From Gracilinanus agilis (lineage: Eukaryota), in NCBI RefSeq assembly GCF_016433145.1, contig NC_058135.1, positions 274,826,553 to 274,890,552 on the forward strand: a stretch of DNA of 64,000 nucleotides, given 5' to 3'. This document shows positions 24,593 to 36,705 of the stretch, piece after piece. Below the pieces are notes generated by a model that ran no database searches, was not told the origin of the DNA, and saw nothing but the letters and a program-made list of their open reading frames with translations. A program made the translations under genes and the position numbers. Position 1 is the first letter of the stretch, and every line of letters starts with the position of its first letter.

Positions 24593-25683
24593 TTTTTTTA
24601 AAATTTTTAGAAAATTTTCTATGGTTCCATGATTCATATTCTTACTTTCGCCTTCACCCCTCCAAAGACCTCCTCCCATAGCTTAAACACATTTCCACTG
24701 GTTATAACATGTGTCATCTATCTATTTCCATATTATTGACAATTGCATTGGTGTGGTGGTTTCGAGTCTACATCCCCAATCATGTCCGCATCAACCCATG
24801 TGTTCAAGCAATTGTTTTTCTTCTGTGTTTCCACTCCGGCAGTTCTTTCTCCGCATGTGGGTAGCATTATTTTCCATAAGTCCTTCAGAATTGTCCTGGG
24901 TCATTGCATTGCTTCTAGTACATAAGTCCATTACATTTGATTTTACCACAGTGTATCAGTCTCTGTGTACAATGTTTTCCTGGTTCTGCTCCTTTCACTC
25001 TGCATGAGTTCCTGGAGGTCTTTGCAGTTCACATGGAATTGCTCAAGTTTATTATTCCATTGAGCACAATAGTATTCCATCACTAGCATATACCACAATT
25101 TGTTCAGCCATTCCCCAGTTGAAGGGCATACCCTCATTTTCCAGTTTTTTCCTACCACAAAGAGTATGGCTATACATATTTTTGTACAAGACTTATCTAT
25201 AATCTCTTTGGGGTACAAATGCAGCAATGGTATGGCTGGATCAAAGAGCAGGCATTCCTTTAGAGCTCTTTGGGCATAATTCCAAATTGCCATCCAGAAT
25301 GGTTGGATCAGTTCACAACCCCACCAGCAATGTATTAATGTCCCAATTTTGCCACATCCCCTCCACCAGTCATTACTCTTTCCTCTTGTCATTTTAATCA
25401 ATCTGCTAGGTGAGAGGTGATACCTCAGAGGTTTTTTTTTTAATTTGCATTTCTCTAATTATTAGAGATTTAGAACACTTTGTCATGTGCTTATTGAGAG
25501 TTTTGATTTATTTATCTGAAAATTGCCTAATCATATCCCTTGCCCATTTATCAATTGGGGAATGGCTTAATTTTTTATACAATTGATTACTTCCTTGTAT
25601 ATTTGAGTAATTAGATGTCCGCCAGAATATTTTTTGGTATAAATATTGTTTTCCTATTCCACTGATCCTCCCTTCTATCTCTT
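24593..25683 (-). mobile_element. 5'-truncated opossum L1 (ORF2 C-terminus, 3'UTR, polyA)
   Basis: ORF 24943-25401 encodes L1 ORF2 C-terminal motifs (WRGCGKIGTLIHCWW, LFDPAIPLL); polyT at the left end. Confidence 0.95.
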
Positions 25684-25837
25684 GATCACATGGGTTGATG
25701 AGGATATGATTGGGGATGTAGACTCTAAGCAATCACCCTAATGCAAATATTAATAATATGGAAATAAGTCTTGATCAATGACACATGTAAAACTCAGTGG
25801 AATTGCTCATTGGCTACAGGAGGGGGTGGGGGGATGG
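25684..25837 (+). mobile_element. L1 3'UTR fragment of a different subfamily
   Basis: atgggttgatgaggatatgattggggatgtagactc...gatcaatgacacatgtaaaactcagtggaa. Confidence 0.85.
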
Positions 25838-25839
25838 TA

Positions 25840-26325
25840 TGCTACAAAAGCCTGAAGCTAATGGAGTAGCATGGAAGCTGGTAAAGAAGTCCCCTATATG
25901 TGTCAAGGTTTAAATATTTATTCAGGACCTGAACTGCAAGAGCCCTTAGTTTGGAGCTTCCATGTTTTTCCCTATCATCCCATCTTTCATGGAAGAGGTC
26001 TGGCTAACCTTCTGGAATGCCTTCATCAAAAAAGAACATAGCTAAGCCAAATGCAGAACAATGCAAGTGGTTAATAAACAACCTAACAGTTCAGAACTGA
26101 GGTGAATACAGATGGAACAGCATGAAGCTGTGGCATGGAGTATCCTGACAGTTCAGAACTAAGATACAGAACCATATACAATCATTAATAGCAATTAACA
26201 ATATAGGAGGGTTAATTGACTAATAATACAGATTGTGTACTTTATGCTTAATTAGGGTTAACTGATGGGAAGTACAAGATTTCAGAGCATGAATCCACAG
26301 GCTGATTCCACAGGCTGATTTTCTT
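25840..26325 (-). mobile_element. Possible LTR-like segment
   Basis: AATAAA on the minus strand, internal repeat ACAGTTCAGAACT, intermediate GC; ends and TSD not resolved. Confidence 0.3.
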
Positions 26326-26511
26326 CTTTTTTTAAACCCTTAACTTCTGTGTATTGACTTATAGGTCGAAGAGTGGTAAGGGTAGGCAATGGTCAAGTGA
26401 CTTTCCCAGGGTCACACAGCTGGGAAGTGTCTGAGGCCGGATTTGAACCTAGGACCTCCTGTCTTTAGGCCTGGCTCTCAATCCACTGAGCTGCCCAGTT
26501 GCCCCCCCCCA
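26326..26511 (-). mobile_element. SINE1_Mdo-type SINE
   Basis: TSD CACAGGCTGATTTTCTT (26309-26325) / CACAAGCTGATTTTCTT (26512-26528). Confidence 0.96.
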
Positions 26512-26755
26512 CACAAGCTGATTTTCTTAACTGATTCAGTCAGTCTTTTGGTGCTATGATATTTAATTTTCAAATAATTTCCAGACATCCATGGTAAGAC
26601 TAGTAGAATAGCCAAATGTTGACAAATTTTAAATGATGTAAACATAATTTTACAATTTCATTGACCATTCTGAAACAATATGGAGGTGTTAAAGGAACTA
26701 AAAGCAAGAAGGCAAAAGTAAAAGTTAATTTGTTTTCCAAAGAAATGTATAAAAA

Positions 26756-28401
26756 TGAATTAGAAAAAACTGTAACAAATTTCATTTGGAATAACAAAAG
26801 ATCAAGAATATCAAGGGAAATAATGAAAAAAAATGTGAAGGAAGGAGGCCTAGCAGTACTAGATATTAAACTATACTATAAAGCAGCAGTCATCAAAACA
26901 ATATGGTACTGACTAAGAGACAGAAGGGAGGATCAGTGGAATAGACTTGGGGTAAATGACATCAGCAAGACAGTGTATGATAAACCCAAAGAGCCCAACT
27001 TTTGGGACATGAATCCACTATTTGACAAAAACTGCTGGGAAATTTGGAAAACAATATGGGAGAGATTAGGTTTAGATTAACCCCTCACACCCTACACCAA
27101 GATAAATTCAGAATGGGTGAATGACTTGAATATAAAGAGGGAAACTATAAATAAGTTAAATGAACACAGAATAGTATACTTGTCAGATCTCTGGGAAAGG
27201 AAAGATCTTAAAAACCAGCAAGAGTTAGAGAAAACTACAAAATGTAAATTAAATGGTTTTGATTATATTAAACTAAAAAGCTTTTGTAAAAACAAAAACA
27301 ATGTAGTCAAAATCAGAAGGGAAACAACAAATTGGGAAAAAAATCTTTATAACAAAAAACTCTGACAGGGGTCTAATTACTCAAATATACAAGGAGTTAA
27401 AGCAATTGTATAAAAAAATGAAGCCATTCCCCAATTGATAAATGGGCAAGAGACATGAATAGGCAATTTTCAGGTAAAGAAATCAAAAGTATCAATAAGC
27501 ACATGAGAAAGTGTTCTAAATCTCTAATAATTAGAGAAATGCAAATCAAACCAACTCTGAGGTATCACCTCACACCTAGCAAATTGGCTAAAATGAAAGA
27601 AGGGGAGAGTAATGAATGCTGGAGGGGATGTGGCAAAATTGGGACATTAATGCATTGCTGGTGGAGTTGTGAACTGATCCAACCATTCTGGATGGCAATT
27701 TGGAACTATGCTCAAAGGGCTATAAAAATGCCTGCCCTTTGATCCAGCCATATCATTGTTGGGTTTGTACCCCAAAGAGATCATAGATAAACAGACTTGT
27801 ATGAAAATATTTAGAGCCACGCTTTTTGTGGTGGCAAAAAACTGGAAAAGGAGGGTATGTCCTTCAATTGGGGAATGGCTGAACAAATTGTGGTATATGC
27901 TGGTGATGGAATACTATTGCGCTCAAAGGAATAATAAACTGGAGGAGTTCCAGGTGAACTGGAAAGACCTCCAGGAACTGATGTAGAGTGAAAGGAGCAG
28001 AGCCAGAAGAACACTGTACACAGAAACTGATATACTGTGGTAAAATCGAATGTAATGGACTTCTGTGCCAGCAACAATGCAATGACATAAGACAGCTCTG
28101 AGGGATTCATGGTAAAGAACACTACCCACATTCAGAGGAAGGACTGCAGAAGAGGAAACATATAAGAAAAACTACTGCTTGAATGCATGGGTTGGGGTGG
28201 ACATGATTGGGGATGTGGACGCGAAACCACCACAACAATGCAACTAACAACAATTTGGAAGTAGGCCCTGAACAAGGACACATGTTACAACCAGTGGAAA
28301 TGTGCGTCGGCTATGGGGGGGCGGGGCGGGGGTGAAGGGGAAAGTAGAAGCATGAATCATGTAACTATGTTAAAAATGAATATCAATAAATGTTTAAAAA
28401 A
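26756..28401 (+). mobile_element. 5'-truncated young L1 (L1-1_MD-like), frameshifted ORF2 end plus 3'UTR
   Basis: ORF pieces ELEKTVTNFIWNNKR, YYKAAVIKTIWY, GFDYIKLKSFC, CWRGCGKIGTLMHCWW; ends aataaatgtttaaaaaa. Confidence 0.97.
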
Positions 28402-28618
28402 TGATCACTCAAACTTCTCTTCCTACTAAAAACAATATATAGGGGAGAAGGGGCAGACTGGGTGCCAGTCATGAAATAACACAAACTGGGAATACTCCCA
28501 CACCCCACAAGGGAAAGGACTGACAGGATTACCCTGAATAACCACACAGGGATGTGAGTAATGGGGAATGGCAGTTTGACAGTTGAACCAATCCCCTAAC
28601 TGCCTGAGATACCAGTGA

Positions 28619-29426
28619 TGTTAAGATAATTCCAATAATGGGTCCTTGATTGTTTAGAGGAGACTTAGGAAGTATAATAAAACTGGTTTTATTGTTGGTA
28701 TATTGGGAAAGTGGGTGAAGGGTTTCTACAACTAAGGAAATAGTTCAATTGCCTAAGAATGTAAGAGGTCAGCTGGTTTAACTCTACTATACTACAGACA
28801 ACTCTAACTATAATGGAGAGGGCTGAAGTTTGGGATTTCACTGCACAGGTACAAGCTGCTCAGAGGTGATAACAGGCACTAGGATCAAATATTTGTGCAG
28901 CCAGTAAAATCCAAAAGAACCACTAGGGAGTATAGGCAGTCTATCAGCCATCCACCAGCTGTAGATCTGAACCTTATCTCTACCTAGGCTGAGTTGATTG
29001 ATGGTCTCTTCTCTCCAATCTTCTGTAAATCCCCAAACTTCAAAGCTTCTTAGATCTTAGCCAGCTGGACCACAGATTACACCTTCCTTCTCCTACCTTA
29101 GCCAAGAAAAAAACTCTCTCTCTCCTTTTCAAACCTCTGGCTTCATTCCATTCATAGAATGACCATACATTAAGTCCAGGGTTTGCTCCAAGCTGTCATG
29201 TCTCTGTCTTATCTTAAATCTATATCCACCCTCTCATTTCCCTGTAACACTACCCAAGATCCCTCTTCCATCTGCATGAGGTCCATGCAGCCTAGTACTC
29301 TGAAATCTAGTCTATGGTCAAATGTTACTTTCTGTCTTGCTCCCCATTCTCTTTCCCATTGCTGCCTGCCTTCCTTCATTATCCCACCCCTGGCCTCGTG
29401 CTGACTGCCTTTGTTCTCTTTTGACA
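28619..29426 (-). mobile_element. ERV LTR, possibly followed by PBS and leader (28405-28615)
   Basis: TGT/ACA-type ends, AATAAA (28693-28688) on the minus strand, TGG-starting PBS-like sequence just past the 3' end; no TSD found. Confidence 0.55.
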
Positions 29427-29909
29427 GTTTATCTCTGTATTTTCTGTGTTATTTACTCCCACACTCTTCATGTTTATTAAAGTATGATGACATTGCCATT
29501 TTTCACTGTAATTATGGTCTTTTCTTGAGAGCATCAAGTGGGCCTGTCCCTATTCCATGTTTAATAATTTCAGAAATTAATTATCAATTTACTTTAAGAC
29601 TTACAGGTTTTGATATGATAACAAGAAAACAGACATTATTTTATTACATTTTTAACCCTGAGCTACTATTTAATTCTTTTGACACTTAAATAGTATAAAC
29701 TTCAAATACAAATGAGCTTACTACCAGAGATCTTTCTTTTGAAGAGATCAATAATTAAGAGAATACAAATCTGTATATTTTGAAAAGTATTTATTGGGAA
29801 TACCCAAAGATGTTGTTTATGCCTGAAAATAAATAAATATACAATTTGATTTCAACATTGTAAACACAAAGGACAGATCAAGTTGAATGTTTTACGTTTT
29901 ACTATTTTA

Positions 29910-30824
29910 CTATATTCTTCTATACCACACCTTCCGCATGGCGCTCTTCATTTCTGTATTTCTCAATGTGTAGATTAGAGGGTTTAGCATGGGGGCAATC
30001 ACAGTGTACAACACCGAAAATTCCTTCTCATTATTATTGACACTGGGAGGTGGCACGTAGGCATAGATACAGGGCACAAAAAACAGAACCACAACCATGA
30101 TATGAGAGCCACAGGTGGAGAGTGCTTTGTGACGACTTTCCGCTGAATGCATTCGAATATGATACAATATTATGACATAAGATGCAACCAAGACAAGAAA
30201 GGTGACCAAACAAACCATCCCATTGTTAGCAATGACCAAGACACTAACAACGTGAGTATCAGCACAGACAAGTTTCAGGAGGGGTTTCACATCACATATG
30301 TAGTGGTCAATCTGATTAGGGCCACAGAAAGGTAACCTGAGGACCATGAGCAACTGGGCGATAGAATGCCAAAAGGCTACTGCCCAGGCAACCAAGATTA
30401 GCAGGTTACATCGGCGACGGTTCACAATGACCATGTAGTGCAAGGGTTTACAGATGGCAATATAGCGATCAAAGGCCATGGACACCAGAATGAACATTTC
30501 AACACCTCCCAGCAAGTGAGCAGAGAAGAGCTGAGTCATGCAGCCATTAAAGGAAATGTTTTTTCTTTTGGCAGCTAAGTCTCTGATCAGTCTGGGGACA
30601 ATGGTGGAAGTATACGCCAGATCCATGAGGGACAAGTGACACAGAAAATAGTACATGGGTTGCTGGATCAGATGGCTATAGGTGATAGTGACAAAGATGA
30701 TGAAATTGCCCAGGAAAATGGCAAAATAGCAAAGCAAGAAGAATGCAAAGCATATTATCTTCATCTCTTTGTTCATAAATAATCCCAAGAGAACAAATTC
30801 CGTGACATTATTCTGATTCTCCAT
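29910..30824 (-). CDS. Olfactory receptor, family 4 (OR-C), 304 aa, intact
   Basis: Full OR motif set ([31 protein letters not shown]); C-tail 5 aa shorter than its paralogs. Confidence 0.96.
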   Translation of the reverse strand: MENQNNVTEFVLLGLFMNKEMKIICFAFFLLCYFAIFLGNFIIFVTITYSHLIQQPMYYFLCHLSLMDLAYTSTIVPRLIRDLAAKRKNISFNGCMTQLFSAHLLGGVEMFILVSMAFDRYIAICKPLHYMVIVNRRRCNLLILVAWAVAFWHSIAQLLMVLRLPFCGPNQIDHYICDVKPLLKLVCADTHVVSVLVIANNGMVCLVTFLVLVASYVIILYHIRMHSAESRHKALSTCGSHIMVVVLFFVPCIYAYVPPPSVNNNEKEFSVLYTVIAPMLNPLIYTLRNTEMKSAMRKVWYRRI

Positions 30825-30868
30825 GTAGTTAGAGCAGATGACTGATAAAAAGTGAAATATTAATTTAT

Positions 30869-30890
30869 CTGAAAGTATGCAGAATAGAAT
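30869..30890 (-). promoter_or_regulatory. Predicted splice acceptor of OR-C (TTTCAG|ATA), exon starts at 30868; possible second acceptor CTTTTTATCAG| before 30841
   Basis: 44 nt upstream of the ATG, the same spacing as OR-B. Confidence 0.65.
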
Positions 30891-31169
30891 AAATCATTAT
30901 TGATATTTGTTATGTTATAGTTCTTAAAATCCATAAAATCCAAAAAAGAGATCTTTTTAAAGCATAAAAGACTGTATTGTCATACTTATCATATAACTTT
31001 AAATCAGATATTCAAGCTTCTCAATTTTATCTAAGTCAGAATTTTAAAAAAATAAATAAATATATCGTTCCTTATATTTTCATGGTGGAAAGATCAATTA
31101 GTGTTTACAGTTTCAAAATCATAATATCCTGTGTTATTAATGAGTATATTTTAAGCAGCTACCAAATGA

Positions 31170-31309
31170 NNNNNNNNNNNNNNNNNNNNNNNNNNNNNNN
31201 NNNNNNNNNNNNNNNNNNNNNNNNNNNNNNNNNNNNNNNNNNNNNNNNNNNNNNNNNNNNNNNNNNNNNNNNNNNNNNNNNNNNNNNNNNNNNNNNNNNN
31301 NNNNNNNNN
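31170..31309. other. Assembly gap (140 N)
   Basis: Run of N. Confidence 1.
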
Positions 31310-32084
31310 CAAAAAGAGGAGAAAGAAGTGGTGGAGAAAGAGAACATGAGAGAAATAAAAAATATAAACAAAAGACATCTTTAAAAGAAAAATGAAGAGG
31401 ATTTGAAGAGGGGAAGGGAGGACAATTTTGGCAAGACTTTTGGTTATCAGGGTCATGGTATGGGAATAGATAGGATTAAAAGTATATTCAGTGTGAACTT
31501 TTTGGAATAGGGCAGGATATAAGATGACTTATTCCTCTTATAACTCCTCTTTCTTGTCCCTTGACCTTTTTTCTTCTTCACCCTTCTGAACATTTAATGA
31601 TTCCTCCCTGTAAATCTTTTAGCAATTATGTCTTCTTTCTCACATTCCTGTATCAATCTTTATTTTCATTACCTTCTTTCTCAACCTTTTTTTTTTTTAA
31701 TTTAAAACCTCATTTCCTATAACATAGGCTTAACAAAGAGTTCTTCTGGGTGGGTGGGGGAGTGGTTGGAGAGAAGAGGGCAGGTTATTGCAGACTGTCT
31801 TTCAATTCATGTGGAAAGTTCCTTGAGAGACTATTGTAGTTCTGACATTTCAGTTGTGTTCAACTCTTTGTGAACCTCTTAGAGGTTTTCTTGAGGGATC
31901 TCAAGATTGATTTGCTATTTCTTTCTAGAGCTGAGGAAACTGAAATAAAATATAATAATTGACTTGTCCAAGGTCATATATCTGATATTAAGTCTTTGAG
32001 ATCAAATTTGAATTTTGATCTCACTCCAGGACCAGTGTTCTTTCCACTGTATTGCCTATCAGTCCAGAGACTATTCTAGTACTA

Positions 32085-32180
32085 TATCTCTCTGTCTATC
32101 TCTCTCTGTATGTCTTTCTGTCTGTCTGTCTATCTGTCTGTCTCTCTCTCTCTATATATATATGTATATATATATATGTA
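32085..32180. repeat. Compound (TCTG)n(TC)n(TA)n microsatellite abutting a gap
   Basis: Direct reading. Confidence 0.9.
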
Positions 32181-32578
32181 NNNNNNNNNNNNNNNNNNNN
32201 NNNNNNNNNNNNNNNNNNNNNNNNNNNNNNNNNNNNNNNNNNNNNNNNNNNNNNNNNNNNNNNNNNNNNNNNNNNNNNNNNNNNNNNNNNNNNNNNNNNN
32301 NNNNNNNNNNNNNNNNNNNNNNNNNNNNNNNNNNNNNNNNNNNNNNNNNNNNNNNNNNNNNNNNNNNNNNNNNNNNNNNNNNNNNNNNNNNNNNNNNNNN
32401 NNNNNNNNNNNNNNNNNNNNNNNNNNNNNNNNNNNNNNNNNNNNNNNNNNNNNNNNNNNNNNNNNNNNNNNNNNNNNNNNNNNNNNNNNNNNNNNNNNNN
32501 NNNNNNNNNNNNNNNNNNNNNNNNNNNNNNNNNNNNNNNNNNNNNNNNNNNNNNNNNNNNNNNNNNNNNNNNNNNNNN
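32181..32578. other. Assembly gap (398 N)
   Basis: Run of N flanked by TA repeats. Confidence 1.
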
Positions 32579-33899
32579 ATATATATATTTCCCCCTCTAT
32601 GTGTTTTGCAAGCCCTTAAGTAGAAATCTTTCTTCACTTAAGAAGACAATTTTGCAGTTGCAGTGGCTGAAAATGATCTATCATTTAAACACTGAAATTT
32701 CTTGTCCAGAGCCTTAGTAACCCTGGTCCTTGGGTAGGAAATAGAATATTATTGATCAAGGTATTCTAACTTCATGAAGCCTAAGAATTGAGTACAAATA
32801 ATGTTGAAAATCTAGTCATTCACTTATACATTTTTTCTCCTTCATTACTAAAGAATTTATTTTAGAATTTAAGTTTTAAACTCAATTGATTGAATATTTC
32901 TGTCCTTTTTCCTTTTGCTAACTTTTCATTTCTGTATTTTTCACAATTATTTTTCTCTTCTTTAAATACATTGGTCTGTTTTATGTTTTATAACCAATGT
33001 ATCTCAATTAACTGCTTTCTACCCTTCCCATTTTGGAAACAAAGACCACCCATCTGTTTTTGCTAAATCTTATTTTATTATTATGTTATTAATTAAGAAA
33101 GGATATATATGCACATTAATAAATGATTTTAGTAGCATTCTATTCTGAAGCCTATTCATGTTTATTATTAATGGGGAAAATAGTCAAATGAAAGATGACA
33201 ATTGATCCAACTGATAGGATTAATTAGATCAATGACATCTTGGACCAAAACTCTCTCATATTCCCGAAAAGATTAATGGATGATTAAAAAGAAGTTTCCA
33301 ATTATCCCTATGTATTGTGACCACAGTGCAGGAAAGAAAGAAGTTACAAAAATGTAACATCTTTTTGTAGGAAAAACAAACAAACAATCAAGCTAAACCT
33401 ATTATTTTCAGTAGTTATTTGTAGCACTTTCCTGAAAAGAGCAGGAAGACAAGTTTCCTTATCTTTTCGCTAAAGATAATATTTGGTCCCGATCCTTTGT
33501 TTCTTGTTTGGTTAATTTTCTCATTAATTTATTAATTTAATTTTTTAACAATTTAAATTTTTCCTTTTTTCAATTACTACTTGATAGGAATATTCCTCAA
33601 TTCTTGATTTTAATTTAAATGAATTAATTTTAACATTCAGTCACCACAGGGGTTAGGAGAATAACCACAAAGGAAGAGACAATAATTTTAGCCAATTCAA
33701 ATATTATTTAGCCTAGAACTTTATATATGGAAAATTATATTTATAATTTCTCAGTAACACAGAACTAGGAAGATGTATTGCTCTTCCCTAGCTTTGTGCA
33801 TGTCTAAACTCCAGAGATAAAGGATCTTAACCTTAGATATCTATTCAAGAGTAGAGTTTTACAAATGTAAGAAAATAGAAAAGTTAATATTTGATATGT

Positions 33900-34080
33900 A
33901 AATCTGTAGGAACTTTCTAGGCAGGAGATGTATACGAGGGAGAGAGATGACTTTAGAATTGTGAGATTGAGCTCAAATCTATTCTGCCATTTTACTACCT
34001 GTGTAACCATAGGCAAGTCACTTAACTTCTCTGTCTTTCTTTATCTCTAAAAAAATAAAGAGATTGGCGTAGAAAACCTT
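33900..34080 (+). mobile_element. MIR/MIR3-type SINE fragment
   Basis: gctcaaatctattctgcc...gtgtaaccataggcaagtcacttaacttctctg matches the CORE. Confidence 0.7.
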
Positions 34081-34784
34081 TACTGACTCTTCATGCTCTA
34101 ATTATTTGATCACTTACTTCAGTCTTCTTTAAAGATGAATAAATTAAGATTCAGATGGACAAAATTATATTTTCAAAGAAACTCAGCCAATCAATAGTTT
34201 AGTAGAAAAGAGCTTAAATAATTTTAATAGCCATATAGCTATTATGGATCAATGGTTAGAGTCAGGTTCTAACCCTATCATTTTTAATAGTTTTATTTAT
34301 TTCCTCCCCAATTATTCTTTATACAGTCCTGAAAATATTGTTGAGATTTAGAAAACCCTAAAAAAAAGAAATAGATTTCCACAACATTGTTATAATCATA
34401 GAAATGTCTTAGAAAGTCCTTCATACCTACAACACTTTAACTCAACAATAGAACTTAGGAGTAATGTTTCATGTTTGTAACAGGAAGCCCCTTAGGTTCA
34501 GGATGAGGATAAAGACAGGAAAATAGGAGTCTGGGTTATATAAGATCACGAGAATATATGAGTTCTGTAGGAAGAAAAATTCTTTCAAAGTTCATCTATT
34601 TTTATAACAGTGAATAAATATTGTTAAAAATCAGAAAGGGTATTATTAGGCTAATTTATTTTATCTAAACTATCAAGATCTGCAGTCAGTGAGTACAAAT
34701 ACATCCAAGAAAAGGAGTTATATTATGCTTCAAGACAAGAAGACAAATCTCTTCATAGGCAATGTTCTCCTGTCAGAAACCTAC

Positions 34785-35150
34785 CTGTTACCAAGAAGGG
34801 GTGACTGCTGTCTGGTTAAGCCTTCCTGGAAAATATAATGAATTCATTTTATTTGCCAAAAGGAAGGTCCATTTTTTAAACAGGCAGGGGTGAGAGAAGA
34901 TACTTTTTGTCAAGTGATCCTAATTCCCCGTAAGAGTTGAGCAGGATTTGAAGTTTTGGAGTGTTCCCTTCATTTCCTTGGAGTTCAGGAGAAAAACAGG
35001 TTTTCAAGGTTACTGACTCCTCCCAAAACATTAAGTTCAATGGTTGCTTCCTGTGGAGCCATAGAGAAAAGTGAATTTCAAGAATTGGGAAGGACTCTTG
35101 GGACTAAGGCTCCCAGAAGAATTTCCAAGGAGCTTAGAAAGGTAAGATAT
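34785..35150 (-). promoter_or_regulatory. Predicted promoter and first exon of OR-C; donor CAG|GTAGGT at 34784
   Basis: CTGACTCCTC (35013) and TCCCAGAAGAATTT (35111) are spaced 98 nt apart, versus 99 nt in OR-B. Confidence 0.5.
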
Positions 35151-35267
35151 TAAAAAACAAAGACAAATTTAAGTATCAACCAACCTGTTAATAAGTCAAT
35201 GGGTCAATCAATTATTTATTAAACATCTGCTATCCACTCTGTAATTCTGGGCAAGAAAGACAAAATA

Positions 35268-35470
35268 GTGCAGTGGATAGTGACTATGTCAGAGCCAGGA
35301 AGATATCAGTTCAATCCCAGCCTCTAACTGAGATTATTTGTGTGACCACAAGAGAGATAATTTACTTTTAAGTGTCCCATAAAACATTCTCCTATTGTAT
35401 TACAAAACAGATGTTCTTCCACATTAGGAGATAAGATTCCTTCATCAGAAGTTCTATATACCAATGTAAT
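35268..35470 (+). mobile_element. Old marsupial CORE-SINE (Mar/WALLSI-like)
   Basis: tagtgcagtggatag...cagttcaatcccagcctc...gaagttctatataccaatg; family not pinned down. Confidence 0.6.
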
Positions 35471-35739
35471 ATTAGCTCAAAAAGTTTGAAAACTGAAAAA
35501 TAAAATTAAATGTGCCAAACTATATGAAAGGTGCTGATGAAACAGACAAAAATTAAATAATCTTGAGGAGTTTATAGTTTATTGACTAAAACACAATACA
35601 CACAAATAAGTAGATTTCATTAATATGTCAAACACCTTAAACTTTGTCATTCAAACTCATTCATGTATCAGAATTTAGAATACATAGGTCTTCCATATGT
35701 CTATGGATAAAGTGTTTTGGTTGATGGCAGCATTAAAAA

Positions 35740-36705
35740 TGTATAGATCTGGATTCCCCCCACCCCAATATCTGAATGTACATTTGGCACAAATGAATTA
35801 CATCTTATATAGGTGATCTCTTTTATTTTTCTAAGAGAATAATTATGTAAAACCAAAACACCAAATCATGTACCCAAATAAATCATGTTTTCATCTTCAT
35901 TTCTCCTCCAATGATTCATTCTCTAGAGATGTGGATAGAATTCTTTCTTTTTTTTTAAGTCCCTCAAAATTGTCCTGGATCATTGTAGTTCTCTTAGTAG
36001 CAAAATCTACCACAGTTGATCTTCCCACAATATTTCAGTTATTGTGTATAAAACAGTGGTTCACAAAGTTTTTTGGCCTACTGCCTCCTTTCCAGAAAAA
36101 ATATTACTTAGCCCCCTGAAAATTATTATTTTTTTAATTTTAATAGCCATTAATAGGAAAAATAAATGCACCTGTAGCCATCACCCCCTTCCTGGATCGC
36201 TGTAGCACCCACCAGGGGGCGATAGTGCCCACTTTGGGAATCACTGGTATAAAATGTTCTCCTGATTCTGCTTATTATTTTGCATCAGTTCATGTAGACC
36301 TTCCCAACTCTTTCTTAAATCATCTTGTTCATTATTACTAATAGCACAATAGTATTCTATCATCACCATATGCCACAATTTGTTCAGTTTCTCTCCAAGT
36401 GAGGGACATCTCATTAGTTTCTAAAATTTTTTGCCACCACAAAAAATCACAGCTATAAATATTTTTCTACAAACAGGTCCTTTATAATTTTTTAAAATCC
36501 CTTTGGGATACAGACCTAGTAATGATATTACAAAATCAAAAGTTATGTATTCTGTTATAGCCCTTTGGTATATGCCCACCTCTTACTAAAGTTTTTGATT
36601 CATGATTTTGTATAGCTTCCCAATTACCAAACATATTGATTTTTCTTTATCCCTCATATCCTCAATATTTCCATTCTCTTTAGCACCATTTAACATCCCT
36701 TTATT
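35740..36705 (-). mobile_element. Old L1 3' fragment interrupted by a hAT MITE
   Basis: gtcctggatcattgtag...cttcccacaatatt[MITE]tgttctcctgattctgc...caccatatgccacaatttgttcag. Confidence 0.85.
36054..36246 (+). mobile_element. hAT MITE, 193 bp, relatively young
   Basis: TIRs CAGTGGTTCACAAAGT / ACTTTGGGAATCACTG (14/16); perfect 8-bp TSD GTATAAAA (36046-36053 / 36247-36254). Confidence 0.95.

Noticed and set aside
24711-28131. Cluster of 60-150 aa ORFs (also 46736-48784 and 53693-54205)
   Set aside because: All are sense or antisense L1 fragments with frameshifts and stops; no intact retrotransposon or host gene.
28688-28693. LTR polyA signal as the OR-C 3' end
   Set aside because: A nearer AATAAA exists at 29795-29790 and there are no transcript data.
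30977-32717. Long ORFs spanning N runs
   Set aside because: Artefacts of translating gaps and microsatellites.
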